Part shown: piece by piece, positions 18,771 to 28,110 of the stretch
How positions within the stretch are numbered: position 1 is the stretch's first letter
Layout of the letters: each line of letters starts with the position of its first letter
Assembly: GCA_018821305.1 (NCBI GenBank)
Contig: JAHJMN010000189.1
Span: 55,115 to 119,114, forward strand
Direction of reading: 5' to 3'
DNA length: 64,000 bases
Source: Myxococcota bacterium
GTDB lineage: Bacteria; Myxococcota_A; Polyangia; HGW-17
Position numbers and translations under genes: made by a program
Notes under the pieces: generated by a model
The model's database searches: none
What the model saw: only the letters and a program-made list of their open reading frames with translations
Told to the model about the DNA's origin: nothing

Positions 18771-19517
18771 CTATTCTTTTTGATTACTTTTTTCTTTTTT
18801 AATTGATTTTATTAAGGATGGGTCATCAAGATCCTCAAAGTTTTCTGGTATTTCTATTTTTTTTCCAGGCTCTTTAGATTCTTGAACAACTTCATCGGAC
18901 TCGATTGGATTTTCTTCTATTATATCTATGTCTTCAGAAGCATCTTCTGAGTCCGTCTCTGATATTAAATTATTAAAAAGACAAGGAACATTTATTTCTT
19001 CAAGAATTTCTATAGATTCAAAATCATCATTCTGAACAGGAGTTTCATTCTCCAGATCAACTACTAGTTCGCGGAACTCAGGGATTGGTTTTATCCAATT
19101 AGCCCACAAGGTACGGACAACATCGTTGGCGCCTGCAATAAAAATTTTTGTTTTGGGTGGAAATATATCGACTATTGCATCCCGAGTCTGTTTTTCATTA
19201 TATGAACTGGTAGCAATAAAAAGTGCTCCGGATTCAGGATCGCTACAAAATGGTACAAAATGGTAATTTAAACAGACATTCAAACCATATTGATTCACAA
19301 GGATTCTGGGAATCGGTTTTTCTTCAAGGAGTACACAGGGCATATCCCATTGATATGCGAGACACTCTACGAGTTGAAACTCTGTAATCAACCCTTCAGA
19401 AATTAGAATCCGACCCAATTTTCCACCGAAATATTCCTGTTTCCACAAACAGAAAGCTAATTGCTCGTGGGTTATCAACTCTTTTATGATAAGTATCTGT
19501 CCTAATTTCATACGCAT
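18771..19517 (-). CDS. standalone MshEN (T2SS-E N-terminal-like) domain protein, putative c-di-GMP receptor, with an acidic C-terminal tail
   Basis: Two tandem copies of the MshEN motif RLGxxLLxxGLLxxxxLxxxLxxQ: KLGQILIIKELITHEQLAFCLWKQ and KLGRILISEGLITEFQLVECLAYQ. The second matches perfectly. Confidence 0.65.
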   Translation of the reverse strand: MRMKLGQILIIKELITHEQLAFCLWKQEYFGGKLGRILISEGLITEFQLVECLAYQWDMPCVLLEEKPIPRILVNQYGLNVCLNYHFVPFCSDPESGALFIATSSYNEKQTRDAIVDIFPPKTKIFIAGANDVVRTLWANWIKPIPEFRELVVDLENETPVQNDDFESIEILEEINVPCLFNNLISETDSEDASEDIDIIEENPIESDEVVQESKEPGKKIEIPENFEDLDDPSLIKSIKKEKSNQKE

Positions 19518-19815
19518 CCTTATCAGATATTTTTATTAATATCAGGACCAAAAACAGTTATTGCTAACAAGTTTCCCTTATAAAAGCACCGAATGATCAA
19601 ATATTCAATTACTGATATACCACTCTATTAAGAATTAATCAATATTCACAATTGAATAGTTAGTTCTAGTATTTCACATATTGGAAGGATAATTCGAATA
19701 ACCCTGAGCAGGAATGGTTTGAGGATATTCTATATATTTTCAGGAAAGGATTATTTTTGTTATAATGTAATATTCGAAGTAAGTCTATGAATGGTTCTCA
19801 AAAAGAATTGCTGTG

Positions 19816-20706
19816 TTATTCACTTCGGGGAGCATACTGCTTGAAGAAGAATGAAGCACCAAAGTGGAAGAACATGGTGTTTTCCCACATTTGATCTTTG
19901 CCATCTACTTTAATATATTCAAATGTCGCATCTCCACTTAAATCGGTGAATGTCCTGTAGTTGCGGTCACCATTTGCATCAAAACCAGCCTGATTTCTCT
20001 TAATATACATCCAGCGGAATTCGACATTAACTGCAATCCAACGATTCAGGTATACACGCAGACCAAACCCTGCCTGAGGACCAATTCTCCATCCACCATT
20101 TTCTTCTTCGATATCCATATGAAGTTTGTGCTGGTTTGAAGGATCATCAGGTCTTGTATTATCCGTAGATGGATTTGTGTATTTTTTCAGACTTCCAGCT
20201 TCGAGATTCACAAAAGCAACCCCTGCATAGAAGTAAAGATCGAAGTTGAAAAACAACGTCGAGAAAAGACCCATTTTTCCAAAGGCCGGTGTATATGCTA
20301 TATGCGGCCCAATAACCATTCGAAGGGTATCAAGAGCGTCTTCCATAGCTTTTTTAGATGGAGTCGGGTTGATATAGGTATTTGCTTCGAGTTGATCCGG
20401 AAGTGTACTTTTAATTTCGTCCGTAAGACCAGTACTCATTGCAAATGGGGAATAATGGGCACTGAATCCAAATGAAAAATACTCATTTAAATGATATTCA
20501 ACTTTAGCACCAATAAGAAAACTGTGTTTGTAGTCCTGAAGGAAACTTACGCCCAGAGAAGGTGTTACTTCAAGCCTCTCATTGAGATAAAGAATGCGTT
20601 TTCTTACGGCGGGTTCATCCTTGAGTGGATCAGTTCTATCAGCAGCATTGGCTGTAGTTACCGTTAGAATATTGAAAAGGAGGAGAAAACCGATAATGCG
20701 CTTCAT
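19816..20706 (-). CDS. outer-membrane beta-barrel protein (Myxococcales-type OMP family), paralog 1
   Basis: Signal peptide, alternating hydrophobic beta-strand pattern, Gly/aromatic-rich; homologous along its length to the adjacent gene. Confidence 0.55.
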   Translation of the reverse strand: MKRIIGFLLLFNILTVTTANAADRTDPLKDEPAVRKRILYLNERLEVTPSLGVSFLQDYKHSFLIGAKVEYHLNEYFSFGFSAHYSPFAMSTGLTDEIKSTLPDQLEANTYINPTPSKKAMEDALDTLRMVIGPHIAYTPAFGKMGLFSTLFFNFDLYFYAGVAFVNLEAGSLKKYTNPSTDNTRPDDPSNQHKLHMDIEEENGGWRIGPQAGFGLRVYLNRWIAVNVEFRWMYIKRNQAGFDANGDRNYRTFTDLSGDATFEYIKVDGKDQMWENTMFFHFGASFFFKQYAPRSE

Positions 20707-20723
20707 ACTTGTGCTCCTTCCTA

Positions 20724-21767
20724 TTATTTAAACGTGGTGTATTCAAAGTCAGTCGGGAAGAATACAGACAGACCAACCTGAAAGACTATGTTGTTAATAA
20801 AACGACCGGAAGCAGCTTTTTCTGCCTCTGATGCACTGGCTTCAATACGATCAGAACTTTCAAATCTGTCCTGCATCATGTAGTTACGCATGGACAACCA
20901 TACTGTAAGCCATTTACTTATAAATACCCGGAAACCAACACCTACCTGAATGGTAATGTTAGTATTGGTCCATGATTCATGACCCGCGTTACGAGGGATA
21001 ATCTCCGTCTGAGTTGCCCCCAAACCACCACTCAGGAATATACCCCATTGGAGTATCTTCTTGTTATGAATGGCCATTTTACCGTATGCCGCTTCATAGT
21101 TAGCATTCAAGGTTGCAGTCCACAGGTAAGCATTCAGCGTAGGAAGTGTACGCTGCTGAAGACCTGTGAGATATGCGCGATCAGTCTGCTGTTTAAGGTA
21201 AGCATGGCCACCCAAACTGAAACTGAGTGCATCGGAAATATAGTAGGCTGCCTCACCACCCAAAAGGATGTGCCTAATGAGGTTATCGTTGATGGTAACA
21301 CCCACATAGGGAATGAGCTCAACACGGTTCTGTTTGAGAATCAACTTTCGTGGAACAACTTTGATATCGTTCCAGTATGATCTCTCATCAGAATCTCCAC
21401 TTGATGATTTCATTGGGCCAGATTTAACTGATTTGGGATCAACAGGACCTGTTTTCGGTGCTGTTTTGGGCTTTTCGTCGAGCCCACTGAGATCGTCATC
21501 AAGCCCGTCCCCACCCTTTGCCGGAGTATCCACCTTTCCGGTGGTCGGTGGTGCATCATCTTCAATCTTGATGTCATCACCTTCCTTCTTTTTCGAGGTA
21601 CCTTTTGAGTCATCCTCGATTTGGATGTCATCTTCCGCTACTTTTTTAGTATCTTTTTTTGTTTCCTTTTTATCTACCTTCTTTTTGGCCTGAGAACTAA
21701 CGTTCTGCGGAAGTAAAGCCAGTACAAAGATAGTCAGGAATGTAGTCAGCCAAGTCTTCATATGCAA
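20724..21767 (-). CDS. outer-membrane beta-barrel protein, paralog 2, with a K/D/E-rich low-complexity N-terminal extension
   Basis: Signal peptide. Extension contains DDIQIEDD and DDIKIEDD. The barrel portion aligns with paralog 1 (WTNTNITIQVGVGFRVF against WRIGPQAGFGLRVY). Confidence 0.55.
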   Translation of the reverse strand: MHMKTWLTTFLTIFVLALLPQNVSSQAKKKVDKKETKKDTKKVAEDDIQIEDDSKGTSKKKEGDDIKIEDDAPPTTGKVDTPAKGGDGLDDDLSGLDEKPKTAPKTGPVDPKSVKSGPMKSSSGDSDERSYWNDIKVVPRKLILKQNRVELIPYVGVTINDNLIRHILLGGEAAYYISDALSFSLGGHAYLKQQTDRAYLTGLQQRTLPTLNAYLWTATLNANYEAAYGKMAIHNKKILQWGIFLSGGLGATQTEIIPRNAGHESWTNTNITIQVGVGFRVFISKWLTVWLSMRNYMMQDRFESSDRIEASASEAEKAASGRFINNIVFQVGLSVFFPTDFEYTTFK

Positions 21768-21963
21768 ACCTCACTTAAGATTCTGCGCCGTCCGGTCGCT
21801 AACATGGCTAGAAAAATTAAATAGAACTCAGAATTTTTCAGCTGGCACAATATCACGCCATTGTCTGGTTATCAACTTAATTTTCCGCCATAGACAATAA
21901 AAACTAACAAAACCATTATTAAACTTAGTTGTAAATATTAAAAAATACAATCAATACATGATG

Positions 21964-23619
21964 TTATGATTTTAAGTATTTTTCTGCAGACTCAATTATC
22001 TTCATAGGTAGCCCAAGTATACCTGCAATTAAAATCGCATCATTTTTCTTTACTTCATCACCACTAAAAATTGTATAGTCCATCAAATTATTTAATATAT
22101 TCAATGTCAATTCAGCGTTTTTTATCTTATGCAAATTATTTTTAAGGCTTCCTGCACTAAGAGACAAAACGCCTGGATGTTTTCCTGCTTCATGAATATG
22201 CCCTGCGAAAATTGCAAAGTTGTGATCTCCTACTTTTATATAGTCAAATAAAGCTTTAGTAAGGGCTAGAGCTGATTCAACATCTGTACTTCTAGCAAAT
22301 TCATCAAAAAGTAGAAAATAGTCACTCCCATCAAGAGATGTAATGAGATCTCTTATTTCCCGCCCAAATGACGAAAGGCCCTTTTCGGGAGAGTCGGAAA
22401 CGGATCCTAACCAACGGATAGATTTAAAGAGTCTTGAACTGAAACTTGTGCATGGCAATCCAGCTCCCATTTGAAATAATGCTTGAAAAAAGCCGGCTGT
22501 CCTTAAAAATGAACTTTTTCCACCCATATTGGGCCCTGTAAGGTTAACCAACTGCGATGTAATTAAAACTGTCACTGGAGTATAGGTGCCACCACAGTGT
22601 TCCACCTGTTTTTTTATCCAGGGATGAACTCCACCCTTCAAGACAAATGAATTTTTGTCTTCAATAATCGGAATGCAGCAATTGTATTCTTTATTAAAAA
22701 TTGCCAGTGCATTACACATATCCAATTTTCCTAAAAGCTCTAAATCTGACTTATAAATATCTCTAAGAACCAACCAGATTTCCCTGGATATCTTTCCAAA
22801 TAGTTTCTTTTCCAAAAGAAAAGTTTGTTTTTTGATTTTATTAAGTTTTTCTAATACCTGGTCAATTTTCGGTGTTGACCCAAGCCTGTATTTCCAGCTG
22901 TCCTGGCTGTTCTCAAGCAGATTAAAATAACCACTTTTCAAAATAATTTCATTGAATCCAGGGTTATCTTTTCCAACCACCAGGTCCATTCTGAGAGATG
23001 ATTGCTTAATCCCGAGGAATTGGGCGGCTTCTTTTCGGTGTTCCTGTTCTAAAAAAGAAAGCTGATTACTCAAATCATATCGATTTTTGCGTAAATCCTG
23101 TGGCAAACCAATCCCACAATTAAAGCAATCATCAGATATATATGGACCAATTATATCCAGAGCCCGGTCCCAGTTATCTGAAAAACCCCAATATGGATCA
23201 CCATTGCTTTCCAGTAATATATTTTTAATAAGACCAATAGCGTGAGCTATCTTAAATATTACTGTCAACTCAATGTCAGTCCAACTCTCATAACTTTCTT
23301 CAAAAACTGAAATATCACGCACAGATTTTAAGGCTCTGAGAATTATGTTCCCATTTAGCTCTTTGTGAATAATTTCTGACCAGGATTTTAATCGGAAAAA
23401 GTGCTCCTCAAGCTCTTTTTCCATTCCTGTAATGAAAAACGAAGGTTTTTGAAGCCAGATACGTCCAGGTTCCGAATTAACACAAAGGGAATCAAGGAAC
23501 TGCTTGAAAAAAATTGTTTTACTGGTTACAGAATCCAGAAATTCGTTTTTCTTGTTAAAATCAGTCAAAACCTGAAAACTCCACAGTCCAAACCATCCAG
23601 TTACTGTCCTGAAATACAA
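21964..23619 (-). CDS. MutS2-family ATPase (MutS domain V, no mismatch-binding domain); 5' end lies inside a MITE copy and the start codon is uncertain
   Basis: Walker A LTGPNMGGKSSFLRTAG, Walker B-like FLLFDEFARSTD. The track's N-terminus MYFRTVTGW translates a MITE terminal inverted repeat. The true start may be the TTG/ATG downstream (VLTDFNKK... or M at about 23424). Confidence 0.65.
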   Translation of the reverse strand: MYFRTVTGWFGLWSFQVLTDFNKKNEFLDSVTSKTIFFKQFLDSLCVNSEPGRIWLQKPSFFITGMEKELEEHFFRLKSWSEIIHKELNGNIILRALKSVRDISVFEESYESWTDIELTVIFKIAHAIGLIKNILLESNGDPYWGFSDNWDRALDIIGPYISDDCFNCGIGLPQDLRKNRYDLSNQLSFLEQEHRKEAAQFLGIKQSSLRMDLVVGKDNPGFNEIILKSGYFNLLENSQDSWKYRLGSTPKIDQVLEKLNKIKKQTFLLEKKLFGKISREIWLVLRDIYKSDLELLGKLDMCNALAIFNKEYNCCIPIIEDKNSFVLKGGVHPWIKKQVEHCGGTYTPVTVLITSQLVNLTGPNMGGKSSFLRTAGFFQALFQMGAGLPCTSFSSRLFKSIRWLGSVSDSPEKGLSSFGREIRDLITSLDGSDYFLLFDEFARSTDVESALALTKALFDYIKVGDHNFAIFAGHIHEAGKHPGVLSLSAGSLKNNLHKIKNAELTLNILNNLMDYTIFSGDEVKKNDAILIAGILGLPMKIIESAEKYLKS

Positions 23620-23665
23620 AAAATCAAATTTTTAACCGATTTTTTTCTCAGGACACGAACTATCC
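23599..23665. mobile_element. MITE-like intergenic repeat, minimal copy (terminal inverted repeats plus about 30-nt core)
   Basis: agttactgtcctgaaatac aaaaaatcaaatttttaaccgatttttttc tcaggacacgaactat. Confidence 0.65.
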
Positions 23666-23826
23666 AGTTTTATCCAAAATTGATTTAATTTCACACTATT
23701 TTAAAAATTTAAAATCAATCACATGAAAATAAAAGCATTACAATTGTAGGACATGACTGAAATATTCAAAAGATTTTTTTTCTTAAGAAATAATGTTATA
23801 ACCGTTCAGCGAAAGGCAGGATTCGA

Positions 23827-24540
23827 ATGGAAAAAGCACTAATTCTTGCAGCGGGAATGGGCTCAAGGCTTGCTAAAGCTCACGATAGACCTAAACCTCT
23901 TGTAGATATCAATGGACAAGCTTCGATTATAAGACTATTGAAACAGTTCGAAAAATATGGGATACGGGAAACTGCAGTAACTCTTGGTTTCCGAGGCAAT
24001 GAAGTCCGATCATTTATAGAATCTAACTATAACGGTTCAATAAAGATTTATTGGTTTGAAAACCATCGATATCAGGAACCAAACGGTGTAAGTGTTCTCA
24101 GTGCTTCAGAATTTGTAACTGAGCGAGTCATGCTTTCCATGGCGGATCATGTTTTCAGCGACTCAGCGGTAAACGTAATTTCCTCTATCGATAGCAAGGG
24201 GAGTACTTCATACCTGATGGTTGACTATGATCTTGACTCAATATTTGATATGGATGACGCTACAAAAGTATTGACGGATCCTGAAGGTCGAATAGTTGAT
24301 ATCGGCAAGGAAATTCCTGATTTCAATTGCATTGACACAGGTCTTTTTTGCATTTCTCCAGAACTGGTTGAAGCGCTGGCTCGTTTAGCATCTCCAACTC
24401 TGAGCCAGGGAGTAAGGGAATTAACAATTTCTGGTCAAATGCTCACGACACCAATCGGAAATGGCTGGTGGCAGGATGTTGATACCCCTGAAACTCTGAA
24501 GCACGCACTTGAAATAATATCCAAAAGAGGTAATGAATGA
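23827..24540 (+). CDS. sugar-phosphate nucleotidyltransferase (NTP_transferase fold, LicC/GlmU-N-like)
   Basis: N-terminal MEKALILAAGMGSRL is the G-x-G-t-R-L nucleotide-binding signature; 237 aa. Confidence 0.7.
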   Translation: MEKALILAAGMGSRLAKAHDRPKPLVDINGQASIIRLLKQFEKYGIRETAVTLGFRGNEVRSFIESNYNGSIKIYWFENHRYQEPNGVSVLSASEFVTERVMLSMADHVFSDSAVNVISSIDSKGSTSYLMVDYDLDSIFDMDDATKVLTDPEGRIVDIGKEIPDFNCIDTGLFCISPELVEALARLASPTLSQGVRELTISGQMLTTPIGNGWWQDVDTPETLKHALEIISKRGNE

Positions 24541-25115
24541 TAAAAGCGGCCATCTGGTTGTGTCTGATGTTCGGAAGCAACCGTTCCATTGAGGTTACTT
24601 CAGGATTTGGAGGAATTGTTTGGGAAAACGTTCAGGATCATCCAATTAAATCCGATATTATGACTAACATTACTGTAAAAAGGATTTTTTCTGACGGATG
24701 GTTTTACGGCACTGGAATTACTTTTAACTCCTATTCCGGAGATGGTTATTATTTTTATGGCGCCGGAGCAATTATTCTGGATTTTATGATTTATCGTAAA
24801 ATCAATATGGAGGATTTGAAGATAGTAATGGGTTTCGGAGGTGCCGCAACAATGCTTTATTCCAGGCGTCTTATTCCTGGAGGAGAAAGTATTCCTGAAG
24901 GAGTATATTCCTATTGGAATGCCGGATTAAGTGGTGCTGTCAGTCTTGGCATTTTCAAACCTGTTACCAGTGCTCTTGAGTTTGGTATAAAAATGAATTT
25001 TTATGCCGGTGGATACCTGAATCGGTGTTGGGAAAACGGGGAAGAAGACTGCCGGAAAAGAGATCAAACTCTTCAACAATGGTTTGTAGGAGTTGTTTTA
25101 CGATTCAGTTATTAA
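24537..25115 (+). CDS. hypothetical protein, possibly a small outer-membrane beta-barrel
   Basis: 4-nt overlap with the upstream gene. Gly/Tyr/Phe-rich, amphipathic strands, C-terminus ...VVLRFSY with an aromatic last residue. Confidence 0.35.
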   Translation: MIKAAIWLCLMFGSNRSIEVTSGFGGIVWENVQDHPIKSDIMTNITVKRIFSDGWFYGTGITFNSYSGDGYYFYGAGAIILDFMIYRKINMEDLKIVMGFGGAATMLYSRRLIPGGESIPEGVYSYWNAGLSGAVSLGIFKPVTSALEFGIKMNFYAGGYLNRCWENGEEDCRKRDQTLQQWFVGVVLRFSY

Positions 25116-25126
25116 ATAGTTACTGT

Positions 25127-25172
25127 CCTGAAATACCGAAAATCAAATTTTTCGCCGATTTTTAGCTCAGGA
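25127..25172. repeat. MITE-like repeat fragment (module C) immediately upstream of the 25181 gene
   Basis: tagttactgtcctgaaataccgaaaatcaaatttttcgccgatttttagctcaggag. The final AGGAG acts as the ribosome-binding site for the ATG at 25181. Confidence 0.55.
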
Positions 25173-25180
25173 GAACAAAA

Positions 25181-25945
25181 ATGCTTTCTCTTTTCATGAT
25201 TGTTTTGTTTTTGCAATCCCAGGAAGCCAGAATACTCTTTCCTTCAAGGGTTGTAGATTTTGAAAAATTAGTAAACGATGGGAATTTTAAACCAATTGAG
25301 GACTGTCCCAAAGCTGGGGGATTTGTTGCTGGATGGGAAATGTCTCTGAAATGTTCCAATGTTTCAGGAATCAAAGAAGTTTTTGTTTCCGGAGAACCCG
25401 TATCTGATAAACACACACTGATTCCGTGGGAAGTCGAACCGGAGCATTTTGCCACAATTATAAGATCCGTGTTCTCACCGGAAACTTGTAAACAGGGAAT
25501 CCATATTATGACCAGTCGAAGACTTCATAAATATTCAATTTTATTAAGCAAAGCCATCAATCAATCCGGACTGAAAGCGACGTCTGAAACTATGGAAACT
25601 GAAGTAGTTGCACTTAAATCAATAGCACTGCTTTATCGTAAAAGAAAACAAGCATACTCCGCAATCTTACCATTGAACGACCCCGGGGTCATAACGCCAC
25701 TTGTGCTCAGAGAGCTTCTTCAACTGCAGTTCCGGCGAGGAATACCACTAATCGTAAGATCGAGGCATGAAGTATTTACCGGGGGATTATTTGCTGTGGA
25801 ACCCATAATGACGCTTGACTTTATAAAAAATCCTAATCCACAAACTCTATCTTATAAAAAGTATTTCAACCCAAAAACTGCTTTTTCTCTGGGATTGGGT
25901 GGCAAAGTTTTTGAAAAAAATAATTTTATGGCAATGACGAGGTAA
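25181..25945 (+). CDS. secreted hypothetical protein, likely co-transcribed with the downstream sensor kinase
   Basis: Signal peptide MLSLFMIVLFLQSQEA. 2-nt gap to the next gene. Confidence 0.4.
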   Translation: MLSLFMIVLFLQSQEARILFPSRVVDFEKLVNDGNFKPIEDCPKAGGFVAGWEMSLKCSNVSGIKEVFVSGEPVSDKHTLIPWEVEPEHFATIIRSVFSPETCKQGIHIMTSRRLHKYSILLSKAINQSGLKATSETMETEVVALKSIALLYRKRKQAYSAILPLNDPGVITPLVLRELLQLQFRRGIPLIVRSRHEVFTGGLFAVEPIMTLDFIKNPNPQTLSYKKYFNPKTAFSLGLGGKVFEKNNFMAMTR

Positions 25946-25947
25946 CA

Positions 25948-27978
25948 ATGAACAATATCAACCAGGATGTTACCAGATTCAAACCCCACTTTTCGAGAAG
26001 AGTGTTCCTTATGATGGCTCTTACAAGTTTTGCAAGTGCACTTCTTACGGGGGGAATCGGCTCTTTCTTAAGCTTCAGAACAATAAAAAAAGCACGGATT
26101 AACCGTGGACAGGAAATGGTTTCCTATCTTGCAAATTCCAGTGAAACTGCGGCAATCAGCCAGGATGATACTTTCCTTGAAGGTGTCTTTGATAGAATCA
26201 GCAATTCAAAAATCTATGCTGGCGCAGGAGTTTATGACAATAGTGGAAAATTACTTTTCTCCAGAGTACCGTCAGGAGAATCAGCAATGCCTTCAGAATT
26301 AACTCTTCAGGCAAAACATAAAAATAACACGGTTCATACTTATTCTGAGTCAGGCAACACCCTCACTTTACTGGCGCCAGTGTTTGTTACTCGTTATAAT
26401 AATTCTCAAATTACTCATGGCTCTGTTGATAAAATTGATCGAAAAGCGATACTTTCGGGATATGCCGTTTTTAAAATAACACATTCCCTCGAGCAGAATG
26501 AGAGAACAGAAGTTGTTGTTACTGGCGGAATTTTATTTATTTCTGTTTTTGTTATTGGACTTTTTTTCAGTTGGGGAAGTGCCGCTGCTCTTTCAAATCC
26601 AATCCGAAGGATCATAAAAGGTGTAAATCTCCTTAATCAAGGAGATCTTCACAACCGTATTGCAGTAGTTTCCCGGGATGAAATGGGGCAGATAAGCGAT
26701 CTTATAAATATTTTGGCTGCAAATCTCGCCCAGCGCATGGAAGAACTTGAAAAATGGGGTCGACTTCTTGAAGAAAAAGTTCAACAGCGAACGAAAGAAG
26801 TTAAACTTACAAAAGAATTTTTGCATGACCTTATCGCACCAATTTCCGGTAGTTCAAATTCATGGGACAGTCTAATGGAAATCCTGAGGATTGGAACTGG
26901 CGCTGATGGAGTTTCACTATATTTTCTGAGAGATAAACGTTTTGATTTAATTGCAAAATCTGGGCAAACATCTCCTCCTGACCTAGATATTAAAGAGAGA
27001 AAAACTGTAAGTAAAGACAACTTGACAATCACTTTCCTTCCAATGATGTCACCAACTGGAATCACAGGACAGATTGTACTTACAAAATCCGAAGGAAGTA
27101 TAAGTGTTGATTTTGCGGATCAAGTTCTTCCTGCATTAACAATAACTTCTTCAAATATAATGACGTTTGAACAACTCACCTCTGTGAGAGCTGCCCTTGA
27201 AGAAAGAACCAGAATTCTGGAAGTTCAGAGAGAAGAACTTATCCGGCAAAAAGAGCAGATTGAAGCAGCGGCAAAACTCAAAAGTGAATTTCTGGCAAAT
27301 GTTTCACATGAACTTAGAATCCCTCTGAACGCAATAATTGGCTACAGTGAAATGCTTGTAGCCGGATACTATGGTAATATTTCCAATGAACAAAAAGATA
27401 CTCTATCTGCAATTGAAGAAAGTGGACGGAATCTTCTCAACCTTATCAACACTATTCTTGATCACTCAAGAATGGAAGCAGGAAAATTACCTTTATATGT
27501 TGAAATGATTGATGATTTGCGAAAGCTCTTAAAGGACGTAGTTGGCAGAAATCAAAGTCTGACTAGAGAAAAGGATTATCGAGTCGAACTTGAAATACCT
27601 GATACTCCAGTCCCATGTATGACAGATGGAGGAAAAATCCAGCAGATCGTCACAAATCTTGTTTCTAACGCTGTAAAGTTCACTCAGGAGGGAAGTGTAA
27701 AAGTTGCTCTTGTTACAAGTCATAACAATATTGTTATTTCAGTAACAGACACCGGTATCGGTATTCCGGAAGAATTTCATGATCATATTTTTGAAGAATT
27801 CCGTCAGATTGACGGGTCTTCCACCAGATCTGCTGGCGGTACAGGGCTGGGACTTTCTGTCAGTCGCAAAATGGCACATCTTATTAAAGGTGAAATCACC
27901 GTAAAATCAACGCCCGGAAAGGGCTCCGTTTTTTCAATAACATTCCCTAGAAAAATTGAAAAATCTGAAGACCAGTAA
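25948..27978 (+). CDS. sensor histidine kinase (periplasmic sensor, HAMP, GAF-like, HisKA, HATPase_c)
   Basis: Two TM helices flanking a periplasmic domain of about 150 aa. HAMP domain. Canonical H-box SHELRIPLNAIIGYSEML. N box NLVSNAVKFT, G1 DTGIGI, G2 GGTGLGLSV. Confidence 0.85.
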   Translation: MNNINQDVTRFKPHFSRRVFLMMALTSFASALLTGGIGSFLSFRTIKKARINRGQEMVSYLANSSETAAISQDDTFLEGVFDRISNSKIYAGAGVYDNSGKLLFSRVPSGESAMPSELTLQAKHKNNTVHTYSESGNTLTLLAPVFVTRYNNSQITHGSVDKIDRKAILSGYAVFKITHSLEQNERTEVVVTGGILFISVFVIGLFFSWGSAAALSNPIRRIIKGVNLLNQGDLHNRIAVVSRDEMGQISDLINILAANLAQRMEELEKWGRLLEEKVQQRTKEVKLTKEFLHDLIAPISGSSNSWDSLMEILRIGTGADGVSLYFLRDKRFDLIAKSGQTSPPDLDIKERKTVSKDNLTITFLPMMSPTGITGQIVLTKSEGSISVDFADQVLPALTITSSNIMTFEQLTSVRAALEERTRILEVQREELIRQKEQIEAAAKLKSEFLANVSHELRIPLNAIIGYSEMLVAGYYGNISNEQKDTLSAIEESGRNLLNLINTILDHSRMEAGKLPLYVEMIDDLRKLLKDVVGRNQSLTREKDYRVELEIPDTPVPCMTDGGKIQQIVTNLVSNAVKFTQEGSVKVALVTSHNNIVISVTDTGIGIPEEFHDHIFEEFRQIDGSSTRSAGGTGLGLSVSRKMAHLIKGEITVKSTPGKGSVFSITFPRKIEKSEDQ

Positions 27979-28110
27979 TTTTTGCTTAAAACTCTCAAAT
28001 TAGTGTTGTAGTATCACAGTTCAATACTATGTGAATGCAGCAGTGGCCTTGCTTTTTTAATAGATGACCGCTGCCGCGTGAACCGGTCCCGGGAAAGGCA
28101 ACTTAAATTT

